In this document: positions 39,418 through 53,284 of the stretch, in pieces
How positions within the stretch are numbered: the first letter of the stretch is position 1
Layout of the letters: each line of letters opens with the position of its first letter
Assembly (NCBI RefSeq): GCF_964194155.1
Contig: NC_135890.1
Coordinates: forward strand, 84,010,001 to 84,074,000
Source of the DNA: Cetorhinus maximus
Lineage: Eukaryota
Direction of reading: 5' to 3'
DNA length: 64,000 bases
The notes under the pieces: model-generated
Databases searched by the model: none
Told to the model about the DNA's origin: nothing
What the model saw: the letters and a program-made list of their open reading frames with translations, nothing else
Made by a program: the position numbers and the translations under genes

Positions 39418-41074
39418 GTAAGAACTTCAGGACTTTATTTATAACTGATCAGAAAAGTATGCTCAGTTAGTCTTGAATTACTAAAAATTAATTCAGTTTA
39501 AATAATAAATAATGCATTAGTTTGTTATTAATTTCAGTATAAAGTATTGAAGCCCTGTGATTGTACCCTACTTATGAAAATTTACCAGATGTGGCATCTG
39601 ATTCTCATCACCATGTTCAGGCTAGTTTTGAAATATTGGCTTGTGTATCTGAGTGTTCTCAAAGAACATAATATAGATATACAAATCAATTATTTCATCC
39701 ATCAAGCAAACTTCACCATGTTCAGGACCTGTATAATCAACATTTTTAAACAATTCTAAAAAAGGATAGTTAGGTCCTGGATTTGACTTACTAATTATGT
39801 GTGCCAATATCCAACACAGTGAGTAACTACTACTTAATGCTCATCTATATTTTTATCTACAACACAATAATATAGACTGCTTTTCAAAATAAATCATAAG
39901 TGTAACGGCATCATAAGCATAATTGCTATTTAAATCACCAGGATTATTTAGAGGTTGAGGGGTCTAAATTAAAATATGTTGGTGAATACTGTGAATATTC
40001 TTTATTTGTTGCATTCAGAATTAAAAATGAATAAATTGAGAATTCATAGCTGATAATTAATTGTAAATTTAGAAGTATCCCTTTTGAAGCATTTATAAAT
40101 TGAGTTAAATATACTTTTTTCTACCCCCTCCCCAAATTGGTTATCTAATCATAATAAATTGCGCCTTATTTCTTTATATATGAAAATTGGTAAGTACTCT
40201 GCACTCATGTCAAAAAGGGTAGAGTATTTTAATTTTATTGGTGCTTATGGTCTTTCTATGCCACAGTGCAGTACATTTTTCAGATTTATGGTGCACTTTG
40301 GCTGACGCTATACCTTTTTAAAAATTCACGTAATCTCTTCCATGCTTTAATAGCATTAAAGGCTAACGTGTTCTATTCTTGGCTGCAGTGTCACCCATTC
40401 ATTTCTTGAAATGCTTTTTGAAATCATTGTGCAGTTTGCCTTGAGCAGCCTTCCTGTACACCAATTCATGGTCGGGTTTTAAACCAGTAATTTGGTTTTA
40501 ATGTGTCTTGTTTAATGGTTTACAAGCACTTCAAATTGCTTTAACATAAGTGAAAACAAAATGGATGAAATGCATTTTGAATTAGAAACGATGCATTTGG
40601 ACTTGTAGACTTAATTCTACATCAGTTTAGGGAGATGTGGGGTATTAAAACAGTCCCCTGTGTACTGATGGAGAAAGGTTGTAGATTGAGGTGTCACCAT
40701 GTGAACTACTCAGTGCTTAGTAACCTCTTGAATTCTGAGTCATATTGCTAGTTCCTTACATTTTAAAAATAGAAAACAGTTGAAGTTAATTTATTGCATT
40801 TTCCAGGGTAGTCTTCGAGCGTTTCCAACTTTTTAAATATTTAATTATAAATTTTCTCCTTTCTGTATTGTGATGGCATGCTATGTTTGTTAATGGAAGG
40901 AATATTTTGGATCACTTAATGCGATTAGTTGAGTTGGATGCTAGATTTGTTATCCATTTGTCTAGGGATATCTTTTTATACTGTGGTTAGTTCATAGCTA
41001 ATTAACCGGTTCCTCAAAGGTCAGCTAATGGACTTTAAACTGTCCTCACTTTACAATGGGGTTTAAAGTCTAAA

Positions 41075-43345
41075 CTAGCAAAGAAACAGATATTTTACAC
41101 CACAGAAGGAGGCCACTCAGCCCATTGCATCAAGCCAGCCAAAGGAGTTATCCAGCCTAATTCCACTTTCCAGCTCTTGGTCTGTAGCCCGATAGGTTGC
41201 AACACTTAAGGAATTTTCTAATAAGTGTTTTTGTAAATGCAGTGAGGGTTTCTGCCTATGCCATCCTTTCAACCAGTGTGTTCCAGAACCCTACAGCACT
41301 CTGGGTGAAAAATATTCCCTTTAACACCTCCCTAATTCATCTGTCAGTTTCTTTAAATTTATGCCCCAGGTTATTGACTTCTCTGTTATCCACTTTTCTC
41401 AGTCTGCAGATATTTTTATACACCTTCCACCGCCTCTGTCCGAAGAAAATAACCCAGGCTATCCAGTCTCTCCTTACAGCAAAAATTCTCCATTCTTGGC
41501 AACATCCCCTCTGTGATCTCTCCAATATGATCACATTCTGTAATGTGATGACCAGAGATGTACGTAGTACTCTAGCTGCAGCCTAACTAGTGTTTTATGC
41601 AATTCTGCCATAACCTCCCTGTTTTGCAGTCTGTGTTTTGGCTAGTAAAGGAATGTATGATGTGTGCCATCTTAACCGCCTGATCTACTTGCCTTGTTAT
41701 CTTTAGACATACACTCTAAGGCCCCTCTGTTCCTCTACACTTCTCAGCATCCTACCATTTATTTTGCATTCCCTTGCCTTGTATGCCCTTCTCAAATGAA
41801 TTCTTAAACTTCTATGGATTGAATTGCATTTACCACTTTTTTGTATCATCTGCATACTTCTTAATCATGGCCCCTGCATTTAAAAACAAATTATTGATCT
41901 ATAGCATGAGAAACAAAAGCATGTAAGAGCATAAGAAATAGAAGCAATAGTAGACCATGTGGCCCTCCAGCCTGCTTCACCATTCAGTACGCTGAACTTT
42001 TGCCTCAATTCCACTTTCCTGTTTGCTCCCCATATCTCTTGACTTGCTGAGTTGAAAAATATGTCTTAAATATACTCAATAGAACATTCTCAACCCACTG
42101 GGGTGGTTGATTCGAAAGACTCTCAGCCCTCAGAAGAAATTTCTGCACATAAATGTCCTAACTGATCAATCCCTTATCCTGAGGCTGTGTCCTAGATTTC
42201 CCAGCTAGGGGAAACTCCTGTGTCTACCCTGTCAAGCCTGTTCAGAATCTTGTATGGTTTGATGGGATTTTCTCATCCCAGTCTATTCAGCTTCCAAATG
42301 GGACATTCTAGTGAACCTTTGCTTTACCATCTCTAATGGAAGTATATTGTTCCTTAGATGTGGAGATCAAAGCTGTGCCACAGGACCTCGTCTGAGCCCT
42401 GTGGAACCTCACTGGAAACAACCTTCCAGTCGCAAAAACACGCATCAAGCATTACCCTTTCCTTCCTCCCACAGCCAATTTTGCATCCAGCTTGGTGGAT
42501 ACTATTGTCCTTGTCAAAAGCCTTGCTAAAATGCATGTAGACTGCGTGAAATGTGCTACCCTTGTCGACACTCGTTGTTAGTTCCTCAAAAACTCCTTTC
42601 AAGTCAGACATGACCTTGTGCTAACAAATCCATGCTGACTGTCCTTGATTAATTTGTTCTTTTCTAGATGATGATTTATACTGTGTCTCAGAATTTAAAA
42701 AAAAAATTTCCCCACCACCATAGTTAGGCTGACTTGCCTTTAATTACTCGGCACCCCTCCTCTCATTTTTCCCCTTCCCCCTTTTTTAAAATTATGATGC
42801 AGTGCGAGCAGTACCTCAGCAGCACACCTGCGGCCAGAGACGATTAGTAAATGATGGTCAGAGTCCTCACTCTTGGTTTCCTGGCTTCTTTAGCCTGGGA
42901 TACATTTCATCCAGGCCTGTCGATTTATCCACTTTCAAAGATGCTAAATCCCCCTTTCACTATGTTTGTCTCATTCATTATTTCACACTGCTTCTTAACT
43001 ACAGCATCTGCTTTGTCCCCCTCTTATGTGGACAGAAACATACATTCATTAAGAACTTTGCCCACATCTTCTGTCTCCACAAACTGGCTACCCTTTTATT
43101 TCTTACTGACTCTACTCTTTCTTTCTTTGTTCCCTTTCTCTTTATGCATTTATTAAGCATCTTTTGGTTTTCCATGATTTTACTTGCTAATATTTTTTCA
43201 TGCCATCTTTGTTTTTCTTGATTTCATCCCTACTGTTTCTATAATCCTGCAGGCTTTCTGCAGTATTGAGTTCTAGACATCCAACATAAGCTTCTCTTTT
43301 TCTTTTTTGCCTTATCTTACTTTATGCTCTTTGATATCCAGGATG
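41075..43345 (-). mobile_element. Nested CR1 fragments (a second CR1 3' end at about 41925-42365 inside an older copy)
   Basis: Two CR1 3' UTRs; VFEELTTSVDKGS...AVYMHFSKAFDK and VSSEVPQGS remnants. Confidence 0.8.
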
Positions 43346-43351
43346 GTCCAT

Positions 43352-43728
43352 GGGGGAGGCGATGGCATAGTGGTATTGTTGCTGGATTAATAATCCAGAG
43401 ACCCAGTGTAATGCTCTGGGGACATGGGTTCAAATCCCCCCATGGCAGATGGTGGAATTTGAATTGAATAAAAATCTGGAATTAAAAGTCTAATGATGAC
43501 CATGAAACCATTGTCGATTATTGTAAAAAATTTAAAAAAAAACAAATGGTTTTCTAATGCCCTTTTGGGAAGGAAATCTGCCATCCTCAACCTGGTCAGC
43601 CCTACATGTGACTCCAGACCCACAGCAATGTGGTTGACTCTTAAATGCCCTCTGAACGAGGGCAATTACGGATGGCCAATAAATGCTGGCCTAGCCAGTG
43701 ATGCCCACATGACTGAATAAAAAAAAAA
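43352..43728 (+). mobile_element. Full-length HE1-type tRNA-derived SINE
   Basis: A box TGGCATAGTGG 43363-43373, B box GGTTCAAATCC 43427-43437, HER1-type tail (aataaatgctggcctagccagtgatgcccacat) and A-tail. Confidence 0.92.
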
Positions 43729-43729
43729 G

Positions 43730-46700
43730 ATTTTAAACCCTGCAGCCAATTTAAGTTAGCTGGTTTCTTGGATGCGGTCAGATGTAGATGTTGCAATTAT
43801 TATGAGATCTCGGTTTGCTGGTAGGTTTCTTGTAAAGTTGGCTTCTCGCAACGGGTGACACCTTTATTCCAAAGGAGACAGAGAGGGAGCATGCAGCCTT
43901 CAGCCTGTTTCCTTTCTTGACACCACCTGTGTCGCTTGCAATCTCTCTCAAGTGGTTGGGCAGCTTTGCCTTGAATTCCTTCACCAATTGTGTATTTCCA
44001 AGAGGTATTTGGTATGTCTGTCTGTGGCAGCTATTGTTTCAATTTCCAGTCCTTGCATTTTTAATGTTTCTTCCTTAGACAGTTACAAGTTTCAATGAGT
44101 GTTTGGATTATAGGAGATGTCTGTCTTCACACTCCCCTGATGGTGATTTGTTTGTTTCTCACCTTCACCTTGCAATATGTCATATAGGTATATATTTTTA
44201 ACAGTTTACTCTGTCTCCGTTCAAATTGCATAATTTCCAGTCAGTTGAAAGATATTTTCAAAAATAAAGCGACTTAGCCTTGTGCCACCTCCGCATCTCA
44301 AAAAAATAAAATGAAACTCACTGTCATTTCATTACAAGGTACAAAAAAACTAATTCGCTTCCATTCACCCTTAGCCTTCATCTGGATTATCCCATCAGTT
44401 CGAACTTGGTCTCCTTAAGTTCTGAACAGGGCGTCTGCAATCACATTTGATTTCCCATCATGTGGGTGATTTTTTAGGTGATATGGTTCGAGAAACAATC
44501 TCCCAATGGAATAACTTTGCATTCTGAGTTTTGAACTTCTCCACAAAGGTCAAAGGGTTGTGGTCTGTATACATTGTGGCCTCTAAGATATGTCTCTGAA
44601 ATGGATACAAAGTGTTTGACAGCCAGTAATAAATCTAGAGTTTCTTTTTCTACTGTGGAATGCCGTTTGTGTGGCTACTTTAAATGTTTGGCTAAAGCAT
44701 GGAGCTGCTATCACTGCTTAATTTATTAAAATGGCTTTCAGCTTTCCAAAAGCTGTCTGTTGTTTCTCAGTCCATGCTACTTCTGCTTTTTTCTGTAGTA
44801 GGTCTGTCAGTGGGGCTGCTGCTTTGCTGAAGTTTGAGACAATTGTGGTAGAACCCACACATCCCTAAAAATCTCATGATTTCCAGTTTGTTGTGGGAAT
44901 GGGAATCTGTATTACTGCTTTGCAGCTCTGGGCAGTACTTGTTGTTGACCCACCATGTGTCCTAGGTAGGTCACATGAGCCTCAGTGAACTTGTTCTTTG
45001 TGAGATTGAGCACTAGGTTAGCTGACACTAATTTCTGGAAGAGGACTTCCAGTTGCTCCAATGAATTTCCCAGGTTTCACTGTATACTAGGAGGTCATAT
45101 AGGTACACTATACAATTGGATAAGCCTGTCACTACCTGGTTCATCATTCTTTGAAAGGTGGCTTGGGCACTTGAGTGCAAATGGCAAGACTTGACAAGAG
45201 CATTATGCATCCAGAGACACAAAGGCGGAGATTTCCTTCACATGAGTGGTCAAGGGAGCCTGTCATTATCCCTTGAGTAAATCTATTTTTGTAACGTAGG
45301 CTGCGCAGCACTTCCCGATCTATGCAGTCTTCCAGGTGTGAGTCTACTCTGGTCGCTGCATTAATCTTCCAGTAGCCAATGCAGAGTCTTGTGGAGCTGT
45401 CCAGTTTGGGCATGAGCCCAACTGGGGAGCTCCAGCTTCTGCTGCTAGGCTGTATTAGTTGGTACTCCAGCATGTAATATCCTCCCGGACCTGGGCCAGC
45501 TTTTCTGGACCTAGACAGCAGGGATGTTGCCTCAATCCCACATCCATATCATGTAGAGCTTAAGTGGTGCAGCCTGTCTTGTCTCTACAAATGTTGTTAA
45601 ATGCAGTGAGCAGCCTTGTCAGGTCTCCTCGCTGTTCTGCATTTAGGTGGATAAATATGATTTCCAATTTTGCTAAACTTTCTGTTGGCTAGCTGGACAG
45701 TAAGGGGGTTCAATGTGGGCCTCATCTGTGTCTTCCTCCAATTCAACCCCTCTGTTCCTCTCGTCGTCCAGGTCTGTTGTTATTGCACAGACTGTTACTG
45801 CCTGCCCCCTTCTCAGCTGTGATGTTGTTTTATCATGTTAACATGACAGAGCCTTTGCTTTTTCCTGTCATCTGCGGTGTCAGTTAGATAGTTTAACTCC
45901 GCTAGCCTTTTCACTACTTTGTACAGGCCACTGAACCAGACATTTTTAGGGGCTCATCCAGTATTGGTAGGAGCACTAGCACATAGTCTTCGGGCTGAAA
46001 GCTTCGGGCCCTGGTTTCCTGTTTTCCCATAGCCATTTGGAAGATTTTAACATGGTCACATAGTCTAAAATGGAGACTTCCTCCTTCTGTTGTAAAAATC
46101 TCTCCTTGATTACTTTCGGAGGACCTCTCAGTTGGTGTCTGTAAACCAATACAAACAGAGTAAAACCAGTGGACTCGGATGAGCCTCTGATAGCAAGCAG
46201 TATTTATCCCAATCATGGGGGTATGTATGGCAGTATGCCCTGGTCATTGTTTTTAGGGTCTGGGGCTACCGTTCTAGCTCCCCATATGACTGCGGGTGAT
46301 TCACTGAGGATGTCAGCTAGGTTTCTCATGATTTCTTGGAATAATAGGGACGTGAAATTTGAGCCCTGATCCGACTGGATCTCGATGTGGCAGGTTCTGC
46401 AAAACCTTGCTACATCCTTGTGGAGGTGCAACCAGTAAAAATGCTGGCTGATGCAGGCTTGGGTTTTTCGTATGCCAACATGCCCAGCCATCAGGATTTC
46501 ATGTGCTAGCCTTAATATTTCCGCATGGTACCTCAGCGGCACCACTACCTGGTGGATCAATGTCCACTTTCAGGTGTGTGAGGGGGACTCCACTTTCTCA
46601 TCAGCGTCACGTTTTTAATGTTGTGGCATTTGGGGATTTCCTCTGCCGCGGCTTCAGTTTGTGCAGCCTGATCTGACCTTTTTAACATGGGTCAGTTTGC

Positions 46701-48978
46701 TGAGCCACAACCAAGAAAGACCTACTTATTACTTCCTTAGGGTCCTCTAGACTCCTGAAAAATCTCGGATAACCAGACAATATGGTCATCTGTCTGCAGT
46801 GCATTTCAGCCTCTGATGGAGTTTGTCCAGCCATAGATCAGGTTACCCCCCACGATCAGTCAAAATGCCAGGCACTTTCTCCTGCAGCTGTTCTGTCTCC
46901 CTGACCTCGGTTGGCTTATCTGAGACTACTGGATGTGCTATCACTTTTGATCCAGCCAGGTCATTGCCAAGGAGCAGGTCAGCCCTGTCCACAGGCAAAC
47001 TAGAGATGATTCCCACAGTCACTGGTCCTGACACAAGGTTGCCCTCCAGGAGCTGGTATAAGGGGATGGGCACGTACCCTCTTTTAATGCCCTTACCAAC
47101 ACCTTGGTACTTCACTTTCGGGTGGAAAGATCATGTCTTTTCCCAGCAGTACAGTGTGGCTGGCCCCTGTATTCCTCAGTATCACTACAGGCTTACTCGT
47201 CTCGCTCTGGGGAAACGTGGCTACTCTTCCTTCTGGTACAAAATCCTTGTAACTTTGGGATTTTTAAAAATTCACCGGCACTCTCAGCAGTGCATCTAGA
47301 GGGATTTGCTGCCGCAGCCAGAGCTATAGCCTGGTCTGCTATCCTCTCTGTCTGCCTCCAATTCTCTGTGCAGGGTTTTGTGCACCCCAACAATTCCCGT
47401 GGATTTTTCCTGTAACCTCCATCAGTTAGCACGGAGGTGTCCTGCCTTATGGCAGTTAAAACACCCAGGTTTCTTGGCCTCTTTCCTCTTCTCAGCATCG
47501 TCTTTTCTGGCCTGAGTAGGGCCCCCTGTTTTTCCAGCTGTCCCTTCTCTCCCATAGGTGCTCAATTTCCCCTCTCTCCCGCTTTCTATCCTTCTCAGTT
47601 GGTTGGGAGTGACTAGGGAAGCGTTTCCTTTGAGATGAAGGTTTGTGGACAAGCTGATAATCATAAGCCAAGATTGCTGCCTGTATAGTCCCTGTTATAC
47701 ACTTCCTCTGTGAGTTCCTATCAGGAAGAGTATTGGAGTTTTTCAACTCCTTGAGCAGAATTATTTCACAAAGCGCCCATACCCACTGGTCAGAAGTGAG
47801 CAGCTTAAGCCGTTTAAATTCCAGGTACGTCTGGTTAGGCCACTTCCTGAGGTTACAGAATTTCTGACGGTACACCTCCAGCACCAACTGGTGCACACTT
47901 AAAATAGCCTTTTTTTTTTGCTGCTTCATAGCTTGTTGCACTTTCCTTGGGCAAGAAGCAGTAAACCTTGTGGGCTTTGCCTGTCAACTTACTCAGCAAC
48001 AGCGGGGACCATTGTTGGACAAAATCTGGACATGTGCCCCCAATTTCGCCACGACCAGGCGAGGAGAGGTGAACTGGCTCTCCTCTATTCAACCTCCTTG
48101 TTTGGTCATGAAAAAGAAACTTAAACCTTTGTTATGAGGATATGCCTTTTCCAAATCAGAAAATATTTAACTCTTTCTGTTGTGAGCAATAAGGAGCCAA
48201 TCAAACGAGGTTTCCTTGAGTCAAAGAGCAAAATTATTAACCACCGTATCCGAGGATAATAACAAAAACAGAACCTCAAGCATTCGACCCTCATGCAATC
48301 ATTTGGGCCCACAAATACACACACAGGTATCAGAAATAAGGGGAGTTACAGTCCAATAAAAAAAGTAAAAATATACAGTTGTGTCCTCCCTCTTTCAGAC
48401 TTAAATTTTTAAACACTGCGGCAGATTTGGGTTAGCTGATTTCTAGGATGCGGTCAGATGTAGAAGATGTTGTAGTTATTACGAGATCTCTGTTTGCTGG
48501 TAGGTTTCTGGTAGAGTTGGCTTCACGAACCAGGCTGCACTCATATTCTAAAAGAGAGAAGAGCGTGTTGCCTTCAACCTGTTCCCTCTGCCAAAGACCT
48601 CCTTGATACTTGCAATCGTTCTCTTGTGGCTGGGCAGCCTTGCTTCAAAATACTTCACCCATTGTGTATTTCCAAGAGGTTTCGCGTGTCTGTGTCCATG
48701 GCAGCCATTGTTTCAAAATCCAGTACTTTGCATTTTTTATGTCTCTTCCTTAGACAGTTAGGAGTTTCGTTGGGTGTTTGCATTATAGGAAATGTCTGTA
48801 TCTCTCTTCACACTCCCCTGAAGGTGATTTGTTTGTTTCTCACCTTCACCTTGGAATGTGGCCTTGCTTTTTTTAAGTAGTTTGCTCTGTCTCAGTTCAA
48901 ATTGCAAAATTTCCAGTCGGTTGAAAGTTGAAAAATCATATTTTCAAAAACTAAATGGCTATAGCCTCATGCACGACA
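43730..48978 (-). mobile_element. Decayed Gmr1-like Ty3/Gypsy LTR retrotransposon (LTRs about 48130-48978 and truncated 43730-44287)
   Basis: Diverged direct repeats; on the minus strand SCAN-like gag (EVYRQKFCNLRK), zinc knuckle CFNCHKAGH, protease end (DLLLGNDLAG), integrase (AHEILMAGHVG...CRTCH, IQSDQGSNF), RT (SWSSPV, ATFQRMMN, YLYDLLVYS), then an RNase H-like region. Confidence 0.9.
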
Positions 48979-49460
48979 GTGGCACCAGTTGATGCTCAAT
49001 TTCTGAAACCCAGAGTTCAAACTCCTCCAGCTGCTAGCACTTCCTGCACATGCGGTTGTCCTGGACACGAGAAACATCCTGGAATTCCTACCCAGGACAG
49101 GATACATATTCAATGGGATCGACCCTGCTGTGCCTTAAATATTGCACTGCCAACAAACATTCGGTGCAGACACGATGGACAAATGGACTCCTGCGCTGTA
49201 ACAATTCTATGATTCTGTGACCTTTACCAAGAATAAACTTAGACTTTTGGTTATCAATTATTTTAGATTTTTGTTATTAACTAATTTTTATATAGTTCTC
49301 TGGTTTCAAGTTATTAACGATAACTTGCTGTTATCTTAACTATTAGCTGAGTTTAACTCACTTCCCTAGCTTAGAGAAAAATAAAACCATTACTCACCAA
49401 ACAATCACCTGCCTGCTGTCCTGCAATGTTCATCATTTTCTTTTTGTTATTTTTGAATTC
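48979..49460 (-). mobile_element. CR1 5' region (ORF1 N-terminus and UTR remnants)
   Basis: Minus strand reads MCRKC*QLEEFELWVSEIEHQL, similar to the CR1 ORF1 zinc-finger/leucine-zipper start. Confidence 0.55.
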
Positions 49461-50235
49461 TCTGTATATATCCTTCCACCTCTCGTGCCTGGATCTAATT
49501 GAGGTATTACATGAAAAATGAGGTCACATGTTACTTGGAAAATAAGAATCTAAATTCGATAGATGAGCCTAACTGCTAAACTATTTGTCTTTTCTCTCTC
49601 AAACCACACAAGTAGCCAATTTTGGAATTAATAAAAATGGAAAATGATCTGACTTGATGCTGGAAAGAATGTAACTGATGAATCTTTAAATATTCTTAAG
49701 TGCTAATGGGCTGATGAATTTAAATTTCCTGTTTGCTTGGGACATGTACAGATTTTATATAGTGTTAACATTCTGGTTCATGTTTTCGATTTTGGAGAAT
49801 GGAATGGTGCATTTGTAGCATAGATAGGTTGTCCAAACATCCTCTTCAGGAATGCATACAGGTAACCTACGTGAGTCCATAAGTATTCTAATAACAGTCT
49901 TACTGGATAATTTGCTCCTAGCACTGGCTGGAAAGTACACATTTCTTGTAATCTACCATATAGTCCATGAAGAATATCTCAAGGATGCTTAATGAGAATA
50001 AAAATCCTGCTACAAACATTGAAAATGTGTTCAGTTGCTTAGTTGCATTGAGATTACTTTGGTGTACAAATCACAATACCATTATCATTTACACTGCACA
50101 AGTGTTTGCTTCACAAACTGGTCTTTTTTCCAGCGTTATATTCTCTTATATTCAATAGATAATATAGATAATCAGCATGCACAGATTTTGATTCGACTTT
50201 TGGACATTGATAATTTGCTATGTCTGTCTTTTCAG

Positions 50236-50403
50236 CATGATTTTGTTCGCCGGGAGCATCCACAAAGAGTTCTTTGTGACCTTATTGCAAGAACAAAAGA
50301 TGCCGTTCGCGAGCTGGATAATCTTCAATATAGAAAAATGAAAAAGATTCTTTTTCAAGAAACTCGCAATGGACCAACAACAGAATCACAGGAGGAAGAG
50401 GAG
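50236..50403 (+). CDS. TAOK3: TAO kinase 3 coding exon (168 bp; [56 protein letters not shown])
   Basis: tcttttcag acceptor, gtaaga donor, phase 0/0; HDFVRR and [10 protein letters not shown] are TAOK3-type. Confidence 0.97.
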
Positions 50404-51649
50404 GTAAGATAAATTAGGTGGCTAAAGTGATAGATTAAAATCTAAATAACTGAGTAAAGAAGCCAAATGTTTTGCCTTGCAGTCATTCTTTAATTTTCTT
50501 CCTTTTGCACATTCCTGACCTGTCGGCAGTTCTCTGGTAACTGACTCAAATGGTCATTCTTCATGTGTAAACTGAAAACACTGAGTTGTAGCAATATTTG
50601 TGAAGGGCATCACAGCTGAGGCTGATCTGCATGCTTTTTCACAGGAATTATTAGAACCTCTGACTTCTGATCTTTTTTTGCTATTCCCCCATCCTGTCCC
50701 GTCAGTGGACATTTAAGCCAATGTCAGTACCGAAGTGCTATGTCAGCTGAGGTCAATCACCTAACTCGGAAAGATGAACTAGGACCTTATGACTTGTGTA
50801 GCTTATCAGTGCACTATTCAAGTACACTTATCAGATAAACTATCTTAGGAGCTCCATGACAGCATTGTGTCAGCGTGTCAAAATTCAGACTACTGGCGAC
50901 TAAAGGAATTGTCAAACTTTTGAGTTGTACTTTTTATTTACAACGCATTGGATGCATATGCACAGTTTTGCAAACTGAGGGTGAGGCTAATGAACAGTAG
51001 GTGCCAAGGGTGTAATGTTTTTATATTCTTGATAGTTCTGTGGGTATTTTACTGCTGTAGTACTAAGCCATGTATACCAAGAAAGAATAGGTTTCACCCT
51101 TAAGTTTTAGCTGGGAAGATAGTGGGGGATACTTGAATTGGTCTCAACCTCTTTGGTGTAGGAAATCTAGGTACAATATCAGCTGCCGATTTGTTATTGA
51201 GTGTTCCAAGCCAGAATCTGCATTTATGTGGACATCTGAGAAAAGATATCAGTCTCACCTGTGTTGCACCTATCTGATCAAATGGCTTAGCACCACAGAC
51301 CATTTAGCCTTTCAAATGAAGAAAATTTGCTTGGGCAAATATCATCAGTCTATGAAATCAGACACCTTAGCACAAGTTATGTTTCCAAGTGGAGTCCAGA
51401 GTCAGAAGACAAGAAGGGGGAAAGATTTCTTTACTTAACTTGGAATAAACTTGAACAATTATCAATGTGTTGTTTAGAGTTTTATTGAAAAAAAAAATTT
51501 GTCAGTACTTGAATCAAAATTTCTAAAAGCTGCTATGTGCAAATGCATTCAATGTTGTCCAGCTCGCCCTCCTTTAAATAACTTCTAGAAAGTCATCTGT
51601 TAAGATTGGTAATGAATTGCATATAGTTAAATTGGTTCTTTTACATAGT

Positions 51650-52110
51650 CACAAGATAATTATGAATATGAAAGACCAGTTGGCCCATCTTAATTCATCC
51701 ACTCAAAAACCCCAAAAGACCCCTTTCTTCCTCTTGCCCCACCTGCATTGCAGCATCCATTTATTTAATAAGTGATTCTGGAGTATTTACCTTCACTACG
51801 GCTAGGAAATCATTCCAGTTCATCGTTGTGTGAAGAAGGTGCTCGTTGCAATCTAAATTTGCCTTTTAGTTTGAATCACTTGTCCTACTTGCCATGTATT
51901 TTAAAGTAATATTTTAAATTTACCTTTCCCAGCCTGTTCTAATGAATACTTCTCGGGTGCCTCCTTTTGAATGTTGAAAAAAATTTTCATAAGAACAGGT
52001 TAACACCAGGATTCAGCCCGATGGCTCTTCTCTACGCTGCTTCCAATGTTTAAAAGTTTCCTTTGTCTTAGAAATGTGAACTCATAGGTATCTCTGCTAT
52101 ACCATACATG
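51650..52110 (-). mobile_element. Very old CR1 3' end
   Basis: cattccag...tgtgtgaagaag and gctcttctctacgctgcttccaatg degenerate motifs. Confidence 0.5.
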
Positions 52111-53284
52111 CATTTGAAGTATATTTTATTAATATTGTCAAAACAGGACAATATTTTAATGGATTTCCTAGTGTATATTGTAAGTTACTACAATAAATGT
52201 TCAGATGTTTCAAAACTGGATATTTGAATGCCCTTTCAGTTTACATTATTGCAGCCAATTAACAGTAGTGTTTATAAAATGCATCCCTTTCTCCTCCCAC
52301 TACCATAGTTTTCTTTCCTTAAGGGGCACATTCTAGGCTGAAATTCTACAGGGTCTGACCACTGATGGGCATCTCCTGTTTGAGCATTTCTGTTGAGCTT
52401 GGCTTCACCCTTACCTGAAATTATATATGTTATTCCCACTAAGGTTTTCAGATTATTGATCAGAAGTGAGTGTTCAGCCTATTTTTCATTTACTCCTCCT
52501 CACTTGCAAATATTGAAACTAATAGTAGATTTACTGTCACCCCAAATGAGGGCTGCTGACCCTTAAGATGGGGTTCTTGCACTTCTGTACAATTGGACAA
52601 GTTTACTTTTTAAGCAAGACTCCTTAATGACAGTACAGTTGTCACAAAAATTTCAGTCATGTATAATGAGTATATCAACTATTTTTGCTACGCTAGCTTG
52701 GATGGTTAAAAATGTTCAAGCATTGGAGCAATATAATGACAGAGATCCTTCTAATCTTTGGATTATATCTGCAAAACATTTTGAGTTGCATAAAACGAGG
52801 GTAAACTACACATAAACTATGCTGATGAAGGGAGCAGTTTGAGGTGAATGAGGTTTAGGACATATATAAAGTAAATTGGCAAAAATACGTTTTCTCCTTC
52901 CCCTTTAGTGATGACACTTTTTTTTAAATGGAAGGTGATGGGCCTTTATCTGCTCCCCCACCCCAAACCGTGTCTAATTTTTCACTGGAAGCATCCACCA
53001 AAATTTTTTGACCTTGCAGAAACCCCGATTCCAGTCCACTATAATGTTTAAACCTCTGATTATTACAAATAGACCATTATTCACATTCAATCCCTCTTGG
53101 ATCTTGGCAGATTGGGTTGTGCTTACTTGCTCTAACTGCATAATCCTATTTGAATTACCAGATAGTTAACGTTTTAACTTCCTTGTAATAATGAGAAATA
53201 CTATTCAGTGCATGTGATTTCTAAATGCATGATAACACTAATGCATGGTTACTTACACTAACATTGCTTTCCTCTATCTTGCAG

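Noticed and set aside
43352-43445. tRNA gene
   Set aside because: A and B boxes are present, but the sequence continues into a SINE body and LINE-type tail.
45900-46560. Domesticated integrase gene or endogenous retrovirus
   Set aside because: Internal deletion, frameshifts and stops; no env seen; lies between LTRs with Gypsy-type RT.
48115-48135. Primer-binding site and TSD for the Gypsy element
   Set aside because: No TGG-starting PBS next to the 5' LTR and no matching flanks; the left LTR is truncated at the HE1 SINE.
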